From NCBI GenBank assembly GCA_002245135.1, contig NGBS01000292.1, positions 558,001 to 622,000 on the forward strand: a stretch of 64,000 bases of DNA, read 5' to 3'. The stretch's first letter is position 1. Each line of letters starts with the position of its first letter. This stretch comes from Proteromonas lacertae (Eukaryota). This document shows positions 27,110 through 40,454 of the stretch, in pieces. Position numbers and translations under genes: made by a program. The notes under the pieces are model-generated. The model did not search any database. It saw only the letters and a program-made list of their open reading frames with translations, and had not been told where the DNA came from.

Positions 27110-30100
27110 TTATAATTTCCTACTTTCAATATTAATTTTACTTCTTTGAGTGTCACTGTAGAATTCATTGTAATTCAATCTATCGAACAAATCTCCTAAA
27201 TGAGAATTGAAGTTCTTAGGACTCTCTCTTTTCAAATAAATGAGTAAACCACCAATTAACTTATTGAAATTAGTCTCAGAAGTACTAATCATATTTCTAT
27301 ATTGCTCCTGTCCAACTAATCTCTGTAAATGAAGAGCTTCAACATCACATCTTGCTTTATGAAAGGCTGGAGAACCAGAAGGTGCATAATAAGTCTCATC
27401 CACAGAGATATTCTCTTTATCTTGTTCAAATCTATTCAACCAACTGATATTCTGAGCTACAAACTGTAATATAGTTGTATATATTTTGGCTATTAATTTG
27501 TATAGTTTCTATTGTAATATAATTATATATATATACTGGTTCAGTTAATAAACATTCTTTTAAACATTGACTAAGGAAATTATTGTGTTTAATCAACATT
27601 TCATCAACTATATATAATATTATATTATAATAATACTTGTTTTAGCATTCTCCAATTCTTTCTGTACAATAAAATACTTTATATCAATAACATCATGTAA
27701 TAAATAATAATTAAAGTTCTGTATAAAATGTAACATCTTTTGCCTCAAACAGTAATTTTTCTTCATTTCTTGACTGATATTTAACTCCTTTATTTCTTGC
27801 TGTTTTATCCATAATAAATATAACTGTCTTTCTACATGTTTACTGTAGAATAAGTGTCTGAATATCATTTGATATTTGAATATTATATCAGGAGTGAATA
27901 ACAAGGAAAGTGGAAATTCAATTTTATAATTTAATTTGAATAGTAATTCAGCTGGTAGGTTTTCATCTGGCCTTATTCCTTCAGGTATTGGATTAACGAT
28001 TATTTGGTTATTTTCATTATTCTGTTGAATAAACTGAATATATTGATTAATTGTAAATTTATCGAAATCACAGGTGATATTATGTCTAAATCTATCATCA
28101 GAAGAGGCAGAGAGTGCTATGGATTGTGTTAATAATAAATTCAATTTATTTATATCAATATCACTCACTTTTCTCCTAAATAGGTAATTATTCTCCATTG
28201 TGTTGGTGTAGAATTGTATAAACCAATCTTCTTCATCTATTAAATAGTAATGTTTGATTGTTTCTAAGTGTTGAGTTAAATTACACTCTTTTAACAAAAC
28301 ATCTAATAAAGCTTGGCTTGAGAATTTGTAGGCTTGTTCAATTGGCTCGATATAATCTCTTGAATGTTCTGTAAATTTCAATTCTGTTTGAAATGGACAT
28401 ATTACATTATTACCTTTTCTATCAGTACACATCCTTATTGCATTTAAATACTTTCCAGAACTTAGTATTTTCTCACTCAAATCATTTAAAAATATTGGAA
28501 CATGTCCTTGGTCAATAATATAACAATCTTCCCAATAATTAGATGATTTCAAATCAACTTTATTAAACAGATTTTCATGGATCATAAATTCATTATGTGG
28601 ATCTAGTATTTCACCGTTAAATATCCAATCTGATAGCATTTCAAAGAATGGTTTAGTAATTGATTTCATCAAGTATAAATATAATGATTTACCTTTTTCA
28701 TCACAACATATATTACTAACTTCATAAATTGAGTTAATTAATTGTCCGCCAATCAAATTCCTTGATTTTTCTACACATTGCATTAGAATATCAAATGTTC
28801 GAATAGAAGGTTGTAGATAATACCACATCTTTTGTAATGTTAAAATTCCTTCTCTAAATTGTTGTTCCAACTATTAATAATATAATAAATAATAATAATA
28901 ATGAAATATACTTGTGTAATTAATAAGAAATATTCTTTAATCAACATCTTAATAGATGAACAAAGTGAATGTGATATTTTACCATATTCATACCTAGACT
29001 CTTCATTAATAATAAAACTATTAATTTTCACATAGTCGTTACATAACGGTAATATTTTATTAACTAAATATTGAAATGATTGGTTAATATTTGTATTTAA
29101 AATAAAACCTTCAAAATCATTGTTTTTATCATTATTATTCATTATAATAATATAATCACCAGGTATACCCATTAAAGCAGATAATAACTCATCAATTATA
29201 GTCTGTTCTTGTATTTGGATCGGTTGTGAATTAAGCGGTTGAGGGGTTAAATCTAATTTCTCAAATATATAATTCCCATTCAAAAATGGTCTATCTAAAC
29301 TCCATATTGGTATATACGGTGTTCCTAGTTTAACAATACTCCATACTTCCTGAAGATTAATAGAATTACTAAATGTAGTTAAATCGGATGGGTTGAGTGT
29401 AGGTATGAGTAGTAATAAATTCAATTTTCTCTTTACTAACAGTGAAGTGTTGATTTCTTCACATTTTAAATAAGATGTGTTAAATGATCGAAATACTATC
29501 TCTTCTCCATATTTGATGTATTTTGACTTCATTATATTACCTGATTTACCCATTATATCCCATTTACTGTATGTCGTTATGTTATTATCAAATATTATTT
29601 CATTAGTTTTATTATTAACACTTAGGAATTTTTTGGATTTTAAATTTCTTAAACAGATTGTATCATTATATTTGACTGGAGATTGACTGCTTAGATCATT
29701 CACATTTAATATTAAAAATGTTTGCTAATAATATAATATAATATAATATACATTTTCATCACCAGTTCCATCTCCATTACAATTTAATGCAATATTTGAA
29801 TTATTATTATTATTAAAATTATTATTCTGTAAATATGTACCGTAATATGATCTTATAGTTACATATGAATTATAAGTGATAAAAGTTGGATTGATTGATT
29901 CTTCATGATATTGTGATAATTCAAGGGCTGTTTTGTGAGGAGATTTGAATGGTTTCTATAATAATAATAATAATAATAATATTAAAAATACTTTTTCTTC
30001 TTCTTCACTTTCAGATGATGATTCATCTTCTCCTTCATTTCTTTCACTTTCTAATTGTTGTTGTTGTTGTTGTCTTAGTTCATATAATTGCCTTCTAACT

Positions 30101-31043
30101 TCTTCTTCTTCTTCATTATTATTATTATCATCAACAACTGCATGGTTGATTATTCCTAAACTCTTTATTTTAGAAGCAGAATGTGGTTGTCTTGTAGGTG
30201 ATAAGAATGAATTATTATTATTATATTCATTTCTATTTTTACTTGGAGTTCTTTCAGTAGATGCACTAAATTCAGGTCGATTCAATAATGATGAAGACAT
30301 ATTTGAAGATTGTGAAGACGTTGAAGAAGATGAAGTAGTAGAGGATTTTGTTGTAGATGAAAACATCTTTGGATTGACTGTACTTTTCAATGGTTGATGT
30401 GATGAAGTTGTTGTTGATGTTCTAGTTGGAAATCCTTTTAATGGTGGCGCTTTTATTGCAAATGATGATGATGGATTGATATTTGTTGTTGTTGTTGTTG
30501 TACTTCCTGTTGTAGTGGATGAAGCAAAACTGGAAAGTGTTTTATCTTTCAATAATGGTGAATCTGATATTGTTGATGTTCTTGACATTACTGAAGATGA
30601 TCTGCCTGTTGTTGAATTGGATGGACGATATGGTGAACTGAATGAACTACGACTTGAGGTAGATGGTGTAACAGATCTTTGAGTAGAACTGATTTTTGTT
30701 GATTTGTTAGCTTCTGATATTTTTGCTACTTTTATTTTACCTCGTATAGCATAATTTCCTGATAAATGATATAAAAATTCATTTATATTGTCACAGAGTT
30801 GAGGATTCTATCAAAAATTAAAATACAAGTATATACATCGTCAGTTAATTCTTGTTCCTTTGCTTGATAATCATTGTAATTTTTTATTACTGTTCTTAGC
30901 TTCTTTTTGTAAGTCTCTTTCTCAGCATCACTAATAGGTTGATTTGAAGCTGAAGTTGATAATATATCTTTGTATTTTCCTATATATTCATCGTTCACAG
31001 GCAAACTAAACACATTCAACAACGCTGCTATTGATTCTTCCAT
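27110..31043 (-). CDS. TUBGCP2: Gamma-tubulin complex component GCP2/Spc97-like with long N-terminal extension
   Basis: QEQTIIDELLSALMGIPGDYI, LTLQKMWYYLQP, WIFNGEILDPHNEFMI, KILSSGKYLNAIR, FPLSLL...KYQMIFRHLF, KMLHFIQNF and C-terminal RLNYNEFY match the GRIP1/GRIP2 domains. Confidence 0.88.
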
Positions 31044-31183
31044 TTTGAAATTTAAAAATATGTTTCAAAATTATATTCGTTTTGATCAAGCTTTTGATTT
31101 GTTATATTCGTTTTTAATCAAAATAATTAAATTTCTCATTAAATAAAGAATTTATAATATTTTAAATATATTTATCAATCGAA

Positions 31184-33067
31184 ATGTCGGAATATGCTTC
31201 AGAAGATATGAAGAATATGCATATATGGCAAATGGTTCGAGTATATCTCAATTTTTCATTGAATAGCCATTAACACTTGATCCAATGGATTATATACCTG
31301 TATCAATACCATTAGAAAAAGAAGGTTTAAAGAAGAAGTATAATTACAACAATTTTATAAAACTATAGGAAAAATCGAAAACATCAACCTAAACTATTTC
31401 CAGGATTAGAAAACTTTTTAGTAGAACCAATACAAAAACCAAAAATATCAAAAACAACAATAAGATTACTAGAAGAAGATACTGATCCTTTAGAAATGTC
31501 TGGATTTAACATTCTAGATTCAGCAAATGTATAGAAATGAATAAAATTAATATATTATAGACAAATGATCCAGAAGTGGTAATGTCAGTGAATGTATCAG
31601 GAAATCGATTTGCAAGTATAAGAGCAGAAGATATGGTATATTTTAAAAAACTAAATTCCATTAATGCTTCAGAAAATAACCTTACATTATCTCATTTCAA
31701 TTGTTTTCCTTCTGTTCAAGAGATAATGTTGGAAAATAATCATATAACATCATTAGGTGAAATTAGTGAAAAATTGGCATTTAATTTACATGTATATGTT
31801 ATATATATTTTATTTATTAGAGATTGGATTTGGGTTATAATGATTTATCTCCAACTTCAATCAAGCCTTTGGCAAACTGTCCAAATCTATTATCACTCAA
31901 CTTAATGGGAAATCGAATAACAAAAATACCCAAAACATTTGTGAATTTAGCATCATTAGAAGTGTTAATATTATCAAGGAATGGAATAAGAAATGATACT
32001 GGATTGAACACATTAAGTAAAATGAAGAAATTAAAGCAATTGTATTTGGATCATAATGAATTAACAACAGTATATATTATATTATATATTTTCATTTATT
32101 AGCTTGGAAATATCTTTGGACCAGTAGATAATAAACTAAACATCGAAACTTTGGATATTTCTTACAATTACTTTGAAAATGAAATGTCAATGTCTTCCTG
32201 TTTAATTCTAACCAAATTAACTCGACTAGTAATAACAGGAAATCCAATATTAAAACATTCATATGATTTATCATCAATATACAATAATACTGATAATTAT
32301 TTGAATATAATAACAGGAATGGAAAAGAAAAAGAATGAAACTCCAATGTTGGGTTATACTGATTTCTCAATTACGAAGATTCCAGAAGCTTCAATATTGG
32401 CTACTAATAAACCAAGATCTCCTTCGCCAATATCTACACCTAATTCAATAAAGCATCATAGTCGAAAGATCAAATCAGCTCCAATCAATCAAGAAATTCA
32501 ACAACAACAACAAGATATAAAAGAAAATAATGTGAGAGGAGGTGATGGAGTATTTTTAACAGAAGCTATATTTGATGAAGATTATAATAGTGGAAATATT
32601 TATCCACCAACACAACAACAACAATATCCAACTGAATCTCGAAATTCGTTAATTCCTTCCACTATAATTGGAACTTCAACAGCTAAAAAACCAAAGCAAG
32701 ATCCATCATTACTACGAAGTGCAATTACTGCTTTAAGATTTATGTTATCTCATCCATTAACATCAGATAATGATCATTTACATTTTAATAAACCTCCTCA
32801 ATACTGTAAATTGAATTTTATAACTCGAGCTAGACAAAAGAAACATGTTGAACCTCCCAAGCCAACTCAGAAATTCACTCGAAGATTAAAAAGTCAAAAA
32901 GAAATCGATAAGATTTTAGATAATGTATATAATGATGAAAGTGATGAAAGTGATGATGAACGTATATTTCTATAATTATTATTATTATTATTATTTGTAT
33001 AGAAGGAATGAAAGCCTTATCTAAACTAGTAGATAAAGTGGTAGAAACATATAAATCTTCAAATTAA
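31184..33067 (+). CDS. Leucine-rich-repeat protein, XRRA1-like
   Basis: LRRs (SVNVSGNRF, SINASENNL, LDLGYNDL, LNLMGNRI, LILSRNGI, LYLDHNEL, LDISYNYF, LVITGNPI) plus C-terminal SAITALRFMLSHP. The XRRA1 assignment is from recalled similarity only. Confidence 0.7.
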
Positions 33068-33190
33068 TGTAATAATTATATTATCTAAAGTGAATTAATT
33101 AATTATAAACTTTTTAATTTTTGGGTTTGCGAAAATTTTGATAAAAATTCCAATTTCAAAAACCGTTATTTTTAGAATTTTTCTTGTGTA

Positions 33191-34570
33191 ATGTCTGATA
33201 CAGCTAATTTATTGCCTCCTGTATGATTTTACTCTTAATAATGGATGTTTTATAGAAAGAAGACCTTCAAATGACTTGTGAACTTGCTGATTTGGTTTAT
33301 CAAGAAGTATAGTTATCGTAATTAATACTATTAGGATGAAATTCAAAAGAAATACCCACAAGGAACATTTTTTCAACAAAGTAGATGTTTTGTTGTAACA
33401 ATTGAGAAAGTAACCTATGTCATTTATCGTGGGACTGAAATTACCAGCATATTAGATGTATTAGCTGATTTAAATGCAACGAAAGTTCATCCCTTTGGAA
33501 AAGGAAATGGTTTAATACATGAAGGATTCTTTCAACGAAGTAGGTTTAATTTTGGTATTTCAATCAATGCAAAAGAAGATAAATACGATGAAGGAAGTAT
33601 ACTTGATTTAATAGGAAAAAGTGAAGGTGAGAAATTGATATTTACAGGTCATAGTTTAGGTGGAGCATCAGCTGAATTGAGTTTTCTTCGTTATATCACA
33701 TTTTGTGAGAATTTCCCAAACAATACAGCTAGTCGATATAAAGATAAATGTAGTTATATAGTCTATGCTGCACCAATAAATACAAGTATTGAAATAAGAA
33801 AAAGATTTGAAAAATATACAAATCAAATGCATTCTATTGATCAATACAATGATCCTGTAGTAGAAATCGTCCGAGATGCTGAAAGAATTTTAAGATTACG
33901 TGAATCTGAACATCCAACAGAAAAAGTAAATACATCATCATCATCATCATCAATGTGTTGTTTTTGTATTCCTCGTAAAAAGAAAACTGCAAAAGTATGC
34001 GAATTAATTGAAGAAGAAGATGATGAATATGATGATAGTAATTTAAAAGAAGTGAAAATGCTACAAATAGTAACAAATGAATATTACAATAAAATAAGAG
34101 GAATAGATATATTCCAAATATTGAAAAATGTAATAAATAAAGATGAAAAATTGGTTGAACAAAATCCTTCAACTATTATTGCATTATTTAAACCAACAAG
34201 CATTGGAATGGGAATTCATCATATAGAAATGAAAGATGATAGTTTATATAGCAGTAGTGATAGTGATAAGATAAGTGAAATATTTAATGAGTTTAGATCA
34301 ATTAGCGATTTGTTAAATCATAAGATGAGTGAATATAAGAAGTTTGTGAATAATATATTGAATAAATATGAAGAAGAGAAAAAAGAAGATGATGGTAAAA
34401 AGGAAGAAGAGGAGAAAGTTGTGAATGAGGAAGAGAAAAAGGAAGAAGGAGAAGATAAGAAAGAAGAAGAAGAATGTAGTGATGAAGATAATAAATATGC
34501 TGAAGAAAAGAATGAAGAAAATGAAAAAGAAGGAGATGATAAGAAGGAAGAGAATGTTAATGAAGAATGA
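33191..34570 (+). CDS. Class 3 lipase (alpha/beta hydrolase) with acidic E/K-rich tail
   Basis: YVIYRGTE, HEGF, nucleophile elbow FTGHSLGGA, DPV (catalytic Asp) and HKMSEY (catalytic His candidate). Confidence 0.88.
33550..33855 (+). repeat. Copy 1 of a ~306-nt near-identical duplication within the lipase genes
   Basis: Matches 61911-62216 with two substitutions by manual comparison (GTC/GCC and GAA/GAG). Confidence 0.92.
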
Positions 34571-35084
34571 AGAGAAAAGAAGAAAATAGTTTTAAATTAT
34601 AATCATTTTATTCTTTTTTTAAAATATATTCACGAAAGAACAATGTAATTAATCAAAAATATTCTATAAATATGTAATTAACTTATACTATTCTTTATCT
34701 CATCTTGACTTTCAACATTGACTGTTACATCTTTGTTGGTATTTTCTATGTACATTCCTAATATCTAATATCTCATATTCATTTAAATATTCCATTATTT
34801 TTAATTTAAACCAAATTTAAACCACTATAATCATAATTATTTATTAAAAATGATTTATTGAATCAGAAGCTTATCCATTTTCAAAGTAGTTATATAATTA
34901 AGGTAAAGTGAGAAATAATTAGATTGATATGATAATATACTCTGAATATTTTATCTTCATGAAGCATATTCAAATAATTTATACATCAATACAAACGTAA
35001 TACTGAAATTTATAATGTTTATTCAACATTTTAAAATTTTGGTTATCCAAAATTTTGGAATTGACACTCACCATCTAAATTGAA

Positions 35085-37284
35085 ATGGTTATAAAAGTGA
35101 ATAAAGAAGTAAGAGAAAGAGGGTATTAAACATATGTTATATAAAAATAGATTGTGTAGAAAGTTGGTAGATAAAGGCTGTGGTGATATAGAAGTGAGAA
35201 TTGGAGATAGAAGAATTATCTCAGTGAAGTCAGTGTTAGTTAGTTGTAATGATACTTTGAAGAAATTGATTGAAGACGATGAATTTGAAGGTTTTTTGGA
35301 GCTATTTGAAGAGATAAGTGAGTTTGGTTTTTTAGAAGTTGAAAAATATTACAGTGGTGGTGATTTAAAAGTATGCCGAAAGAATGTGTGTGAAATCTTA
35401 ATGTTTTGCTTATGTTATAAAGATGAGGATATAAGCATGTTTTGCTATAAATTTCTAAAAAATAATATTGATGATGATGTAGTGATTAGATTAATTCATA
35501 TGACAAATATTTTTCCAAATTGTTTAAGAGAACTTGAACAACTAAAAATGATGGAATTTGAGAAAAGAGGATACAAATATTTATATAATGGTATATATAT
35601 ATATAATATTAATTTTTAACTCTATAATGAATAGATGATTATTTAATGGTTTTGGAAATGAATAATTTGGATAAATTACTATCATTCAAGAATTTAATAA
35701 TTCGAAGTGAAACTTGGTTATTAAATCGATTAATAGAATGGTATATATTCAAAACAAATAGAAACTATGATGATAATATATTTAATAAAGAATTTAAAAG
35801 TTTAATAGAAGATCATATTGATGGTAAAATGATATCTGAAAATGATTTAAGTGATGAAATGAAAGATATATTGAAAGTTGTAGATATAAAATATAAAAAA
35901 GATATAAATGTGGAGTATATTGATTTATATAAGATCAAAAATATGGAGCTTCAAAATTTAATAATAAGCTTATTCAATAAAGCTATTCAGAAATTAATAG
36001 TTAATAATTATATTGAAAACAACAAGATAGAATTTAAAAAAGAAGAAAAAGAGGTGTTGAATGAAGTTGAAGATAGTTACTTTGATTATATCATATTCTC
36101 TTTACTTGAGATAGATGATATTAGAACGACAGAAATAGTATTGATGGTAATGATATTTAAAAATGTGAATATCGAAAGTATAAATGTTAAAATATGTTTT
36201 TATAGATTATATACCAAATCTTAAACAACATCATATAATAAAAGAATTATGTAAGGAATACAATGAAAATCACTTTAATCGTACATTAAAGTGCTTATGT
36301 TTATTTATTTTTGACAGAATTAATTTAACTATTATTAATGAAATATGCGCAACTGAAACTCTGTTTAGAATATTGAACTGTGGCTATTGTTTAGATGATG
36401 AATCTAAAGAATTAGTAATAGAATATGTTCAAGATATGAAAATGAATGAAGAGGAGGAAGAAGAAATGAGTAAAATAATAGAGGATGAAGAATTGTTATT
36501 GGATTTGAAGACAAAGGAAATTACATCATTTTCATACCCCTATAGTTATTATTTATTAATGCCAAACACAGAAATATCAATTACTCCTTCTTCCTTTGAT
36601 GGAATAAGATGTGATTTTGTAGTTAACCCTCGTCTACCTTATGGATTAGAGATAGATAAAGAAAAAGGAATTATATATGGGAAAGTTGAAGATTGGTGTT
36701 TTAAAAGAGATTACAAAATAACATGTAGAAATAGATTTAATGAAATGAGTTTTCATATGGTGTTAGAATTTAAAGCAATAGGATTTATAGAATTATATAA
36801 GAGTACAGGAATATTAATAACAAACGAAGGAAAATTAATCACAAACACAATTAACTGTGACAATCATTGTTATTTAAATTTGGTAATGAAAAAGGGAATT
36901 TATCATATTAAACTCAAATATCGTAAGTTTAGAAGTAATTATAATGATATGGTATTAGGATTATCAACTGATAATACTTATTGTGGTGATGGTATTTATA
37001 ATCAATCAACAACATGTAATTATTATGCTTATGGAGGAAAAAGTATAGATATTACTGAGTATTGTCATATTGGAACAGTTGTTAATAAAAATCCACACTT
37101 CAATAACAAAGATGCTTCAATTTATACTATGATTGTTGATATGGATAAAAGAGAATTTTGGCTTAATCACAATAATTCAGATCCTGTATTACTTGTTAAA
37201 GATTTACCTTCTCCATTATATCCATATGCATGTGTTTTAGGAAATTCTTCAATTGAATTGTTGTTAGTTACTCATGAATATTAA
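35085..37284 (+). CDS. BTB/POZ(-BACK) + He_PIG-like Ig repeat + SPRY-like protein
   Basis: N-terminal GDIEVRIG...KSVLV...YYSGG..V...NVCEIL is BTB-like and SETWLLNRLIEW is BACK-like. PRLPYGLEIDKEKGIIYG is He_PIG-like. YTMIVDMDKREFW...DLPSPLYPYAC is SPRY-like. Confidence 0.7.
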
Positions 37285-37574
37285 ATAATTGTTTGCTTTA
37301 TTATATATTCATATATCTCTGATTATTTTGTTTATTTTGTCGTATATGATGAGTGTATCATATCCATACTTCTTTTAAATCAATTAGCAACTAAATTAAC
37401 ATTCATCATTTATATCATCACAACATATCCAATATGCATTAATAAATCACAATTGAGTATTATTGTCTTTATCATACCTTCTGCATGTGATTTAAATCAC
37501 ATTTTAATTTTTAGGTTATTCAAAATTTTGATAAAAATCGAATTTCGTTATTTTTGTTATATATTTACATAAAG

Positions 37575-39714
37575 ATGATAATAAAAGTGAATAAAAGCAT
37601 AAGAGAAGAGGGGTATATTTTATATTTACTTTTTATGATAGATTATGTCGAAAATTGGTCGAAAGTGGTTTTGGTGATATAGAAGTGAAGATTAGGAGAT
37701 AAGTCGAATAATGTCAATCAAGTCAATTTTAGTGAATGGAAATGAAACTGCTAAAGAAACTGTTGTTAGATAGAGAGTTTGTTGGAGTTTTGGAGTTATA
37801 TGAAGAAATCGAAGAAATTGGCTATTATGAGATGGAGAAATACTACAGTGGTGGTGAACTGATAATCTGTAAAGAGAGTGTGTGTGAAGTGTTGATGTTT
37901 TGTTTATGTTATTGTGAAAAAGAGATAATAAATGATTGTTATGAATTTGTGAAGAATAATATAGATGATGAAGTATTAATGAAGTTAATTCATATATGTA
38001 ATGCATTTGGTGGATGTTTGAGAGAGATAGAAGACTTGAAAAATATGGAAATAGAAAAGCGAGGATATAAATATTTATATAAGAATGAATATTTGTTGAG
38101 ATTAGAAATGAATAGTTTGATCGAGATATTAAATATGAGAGATGTGATAATAGTGAATGAGTTATGGTTATTAAATCGTTTATTAGAATGGTGTAAATTC
38201 CAAAAGAATAATAAAGATAATAAAGAGATAGAAGATGATTTTAAACAATTGATAGAAGAAGATATCGATTGTGAAAAGATAAAAGAGAAAGAGATAGAAA
38301 AAGAGAATAAAGAAATGTTGAAAGAAATGAAAATAGAATTAAAGAAAAATGAATGTAAAAATCATATAGAAATATATTTAATAAAAGATGAGAGAATTCA
38401 AAATGTAATAATCAACAATTACAATGAAGATAATAAAGAAGAAGACTTTAATGAAGAAGAAAGAAGAATATTGGATAAGATGAAAGAAGAAGAATTGAAT
38501 GATGAAATAATGTGTATATTAGAAATGAATAATATAAAAATGATGGAAATAGTATTGATGATAATGAAATATAAAAATGTGAAAATGGAAAGTATAAATA
38601 CTAAAAATATATTTAAATAGAATATATCTCAAATATCAGAAAAGAGAAATCTATTGGATAGATTATGTATGGAATATAATGAGAATAAAAGAAATCGAAC
38701 AATGAAATGTTTATGTTTATTTGTTGATGATAAAAAGAGTATATCAATAATAGAAGGAGTATGTGGAAAAGAGATTCTTTTTAGAATATTGAATGAAGAT
38801 AATTATCTAAATTCCAAATCCTAAAGAGATATTAATAGAATATATAAAAGAGAATAAATTGAGTTTCGAAGAAGAAGAAGAAATGATAGAAATAATGAAA
38901 GATAGAGAATTATTGAGTGAATTAAAAACAAAAGAAATCACATTCATTTTCATATCCTCAATCAGAATATTCATTTGATATTAGATGAAGAAATATCAAT
39001 AATTCCATTATTTGATGGAAATCGATGTGAATTTTCAATCAATCCTTCATTGCCAGATGGTATAATGATAGATAAAGATAATGGAATAATTAATGGAAAA
39101 GTGAATAAAGAAATCGAAAATAGAGAATATGAAATAAGTTGTAAGAATATTGTAAATGAAAAGAAATTCAAAATATCATTAGAATTTCAGATTAAATTCA
39201 CAGAATTAAACAAAAGTGATGGAATATCAATCTCAAACAATGGAAAATTAATAACAAATATAAATGAAGATATTTATCATCATTGTTATTTAAATTTAAA
39301 AATAGAAAATGGAGTTTATCATATCAAATATGAATATCATCAAAATGGAAGTTATTATGATGGTATGATGTTAGGATTATCAACTAATAATATATATTCT
39401 GGTTATAGTATTTGTAATAAATCAACAACATGTAATTATTATGCATTGTAATGGTAAAAGTCAAATATTACTTATGATTGTCATATTGGAAGAGTTGTTA
39501 ATTCAAATCCAAATTTCAATAATCATGGAGATGGCTCAATTTATGAAGTGATTGTTGATATGAATAAAAGAGAATGGTGGATTAGTCATAATAATTCCAT
39601 CTCCTGTTTTACTTTGTTAAAGATTTACCTTCTCCATTATATCCATATGTAGTAATATTTCATAATAATACGTCAATAGAACTATTATCAGTTTCTCATG
39701 AAGATGAAGAATAA
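37575..39714 (+). pseudogene. Tandem paralogue of the BTB-He_PIG-SPRY gene with about 10 single-base indels (pseudogene or sequencing errors)
   Basis: Colinear with 35085-37284 throughout. The frame is restored by removing single bases near 37694, 37703, 37750, 38820, 38943, 38975, 39446, 39597 and 39614, plus one missing base near 39461. Confidence 0.7.
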
Positions 39715-40429
39715 ATTATTCTTACATATTACATATTCATTAATATTTAATAAATTTGTATTTGCCATAAATTATAAGTTATAATTAAAAGAAAAATATA
39801 AATAGCTCGAATTATCATTATTAAGCTTGAAGAAATTAAACGGATATAATTCTCATTACATTTTTTGCATTTTGATTTTTTCGATAAAATGAAGATTTTA
39901 GCTTTCAAATAGAAAAGTATTCTAAATATTGACTTGCAGTGATATAAAGTATATGATTCAATGATAAGAATAAAGAATCTGGAATGATTTAAGTGATTAT
40001 GAAGAAACAGAAGATTATAATGAACATGTATTAATATATATAAATTTTCTACACCTATTCATTCCTCTTTTTTCTTTATACACAGCATATTCTCCAAAGT
40101 ACTTGTTTTTGTAGTACATGGCATAAATCTGTGTGATATTTCGTTAAACATCCAACGAATGCTAATTTCTTCATGTTATCATCCGCTTTGCTTTAACCAA
40201 ATTTTCTAATTTTATAGTTTCAGAGGATCGATGATGTAGTTTTGGTGATGTTGATATAGTACTGAGTGAAACTGATTGTAATAGTTTTAAGAGGAATTAA
40301 TTCTTTCATTGTTATTCTTGTTTTGTTTTTATTGCTTAATTATATTATTGATCATCATTTGAGTGAATTTGACACAATTAGAGCACATACCAATGAGTAT
40401 GGCAGGCAGAAAAGCAAAAAAATAAAAAG

Positions 40430-40437
40430 GCGGGAAA
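40430..40437 (-). promoter_or_regulatory. Canonical E2F-like site TTTCCCGC upstream of the BRWD gene
   Basis: GCGGGAAA on the plus strand, 18-25 nt before ATG 40455. A GC-rich octamer in an AT-rich context. Confidence 0.35.
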
Positions 40438-40454
40438 TTCAGTATTTATTGAAA

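Noticed and set aside
29945..30682. Plus-strand ORFs antisense to GCP2, and similar shadow ORFs at 6326, 12560, 43386 and 48937-50172
   Set aside because: Antisense shadows of low-complexity coding sequence with no independent motifs.
39720..40420. Possible gene between BTB paralogue 2 and BRWD
   Set aside because: Only short ORF fragments with no motif and no consistent splice model.
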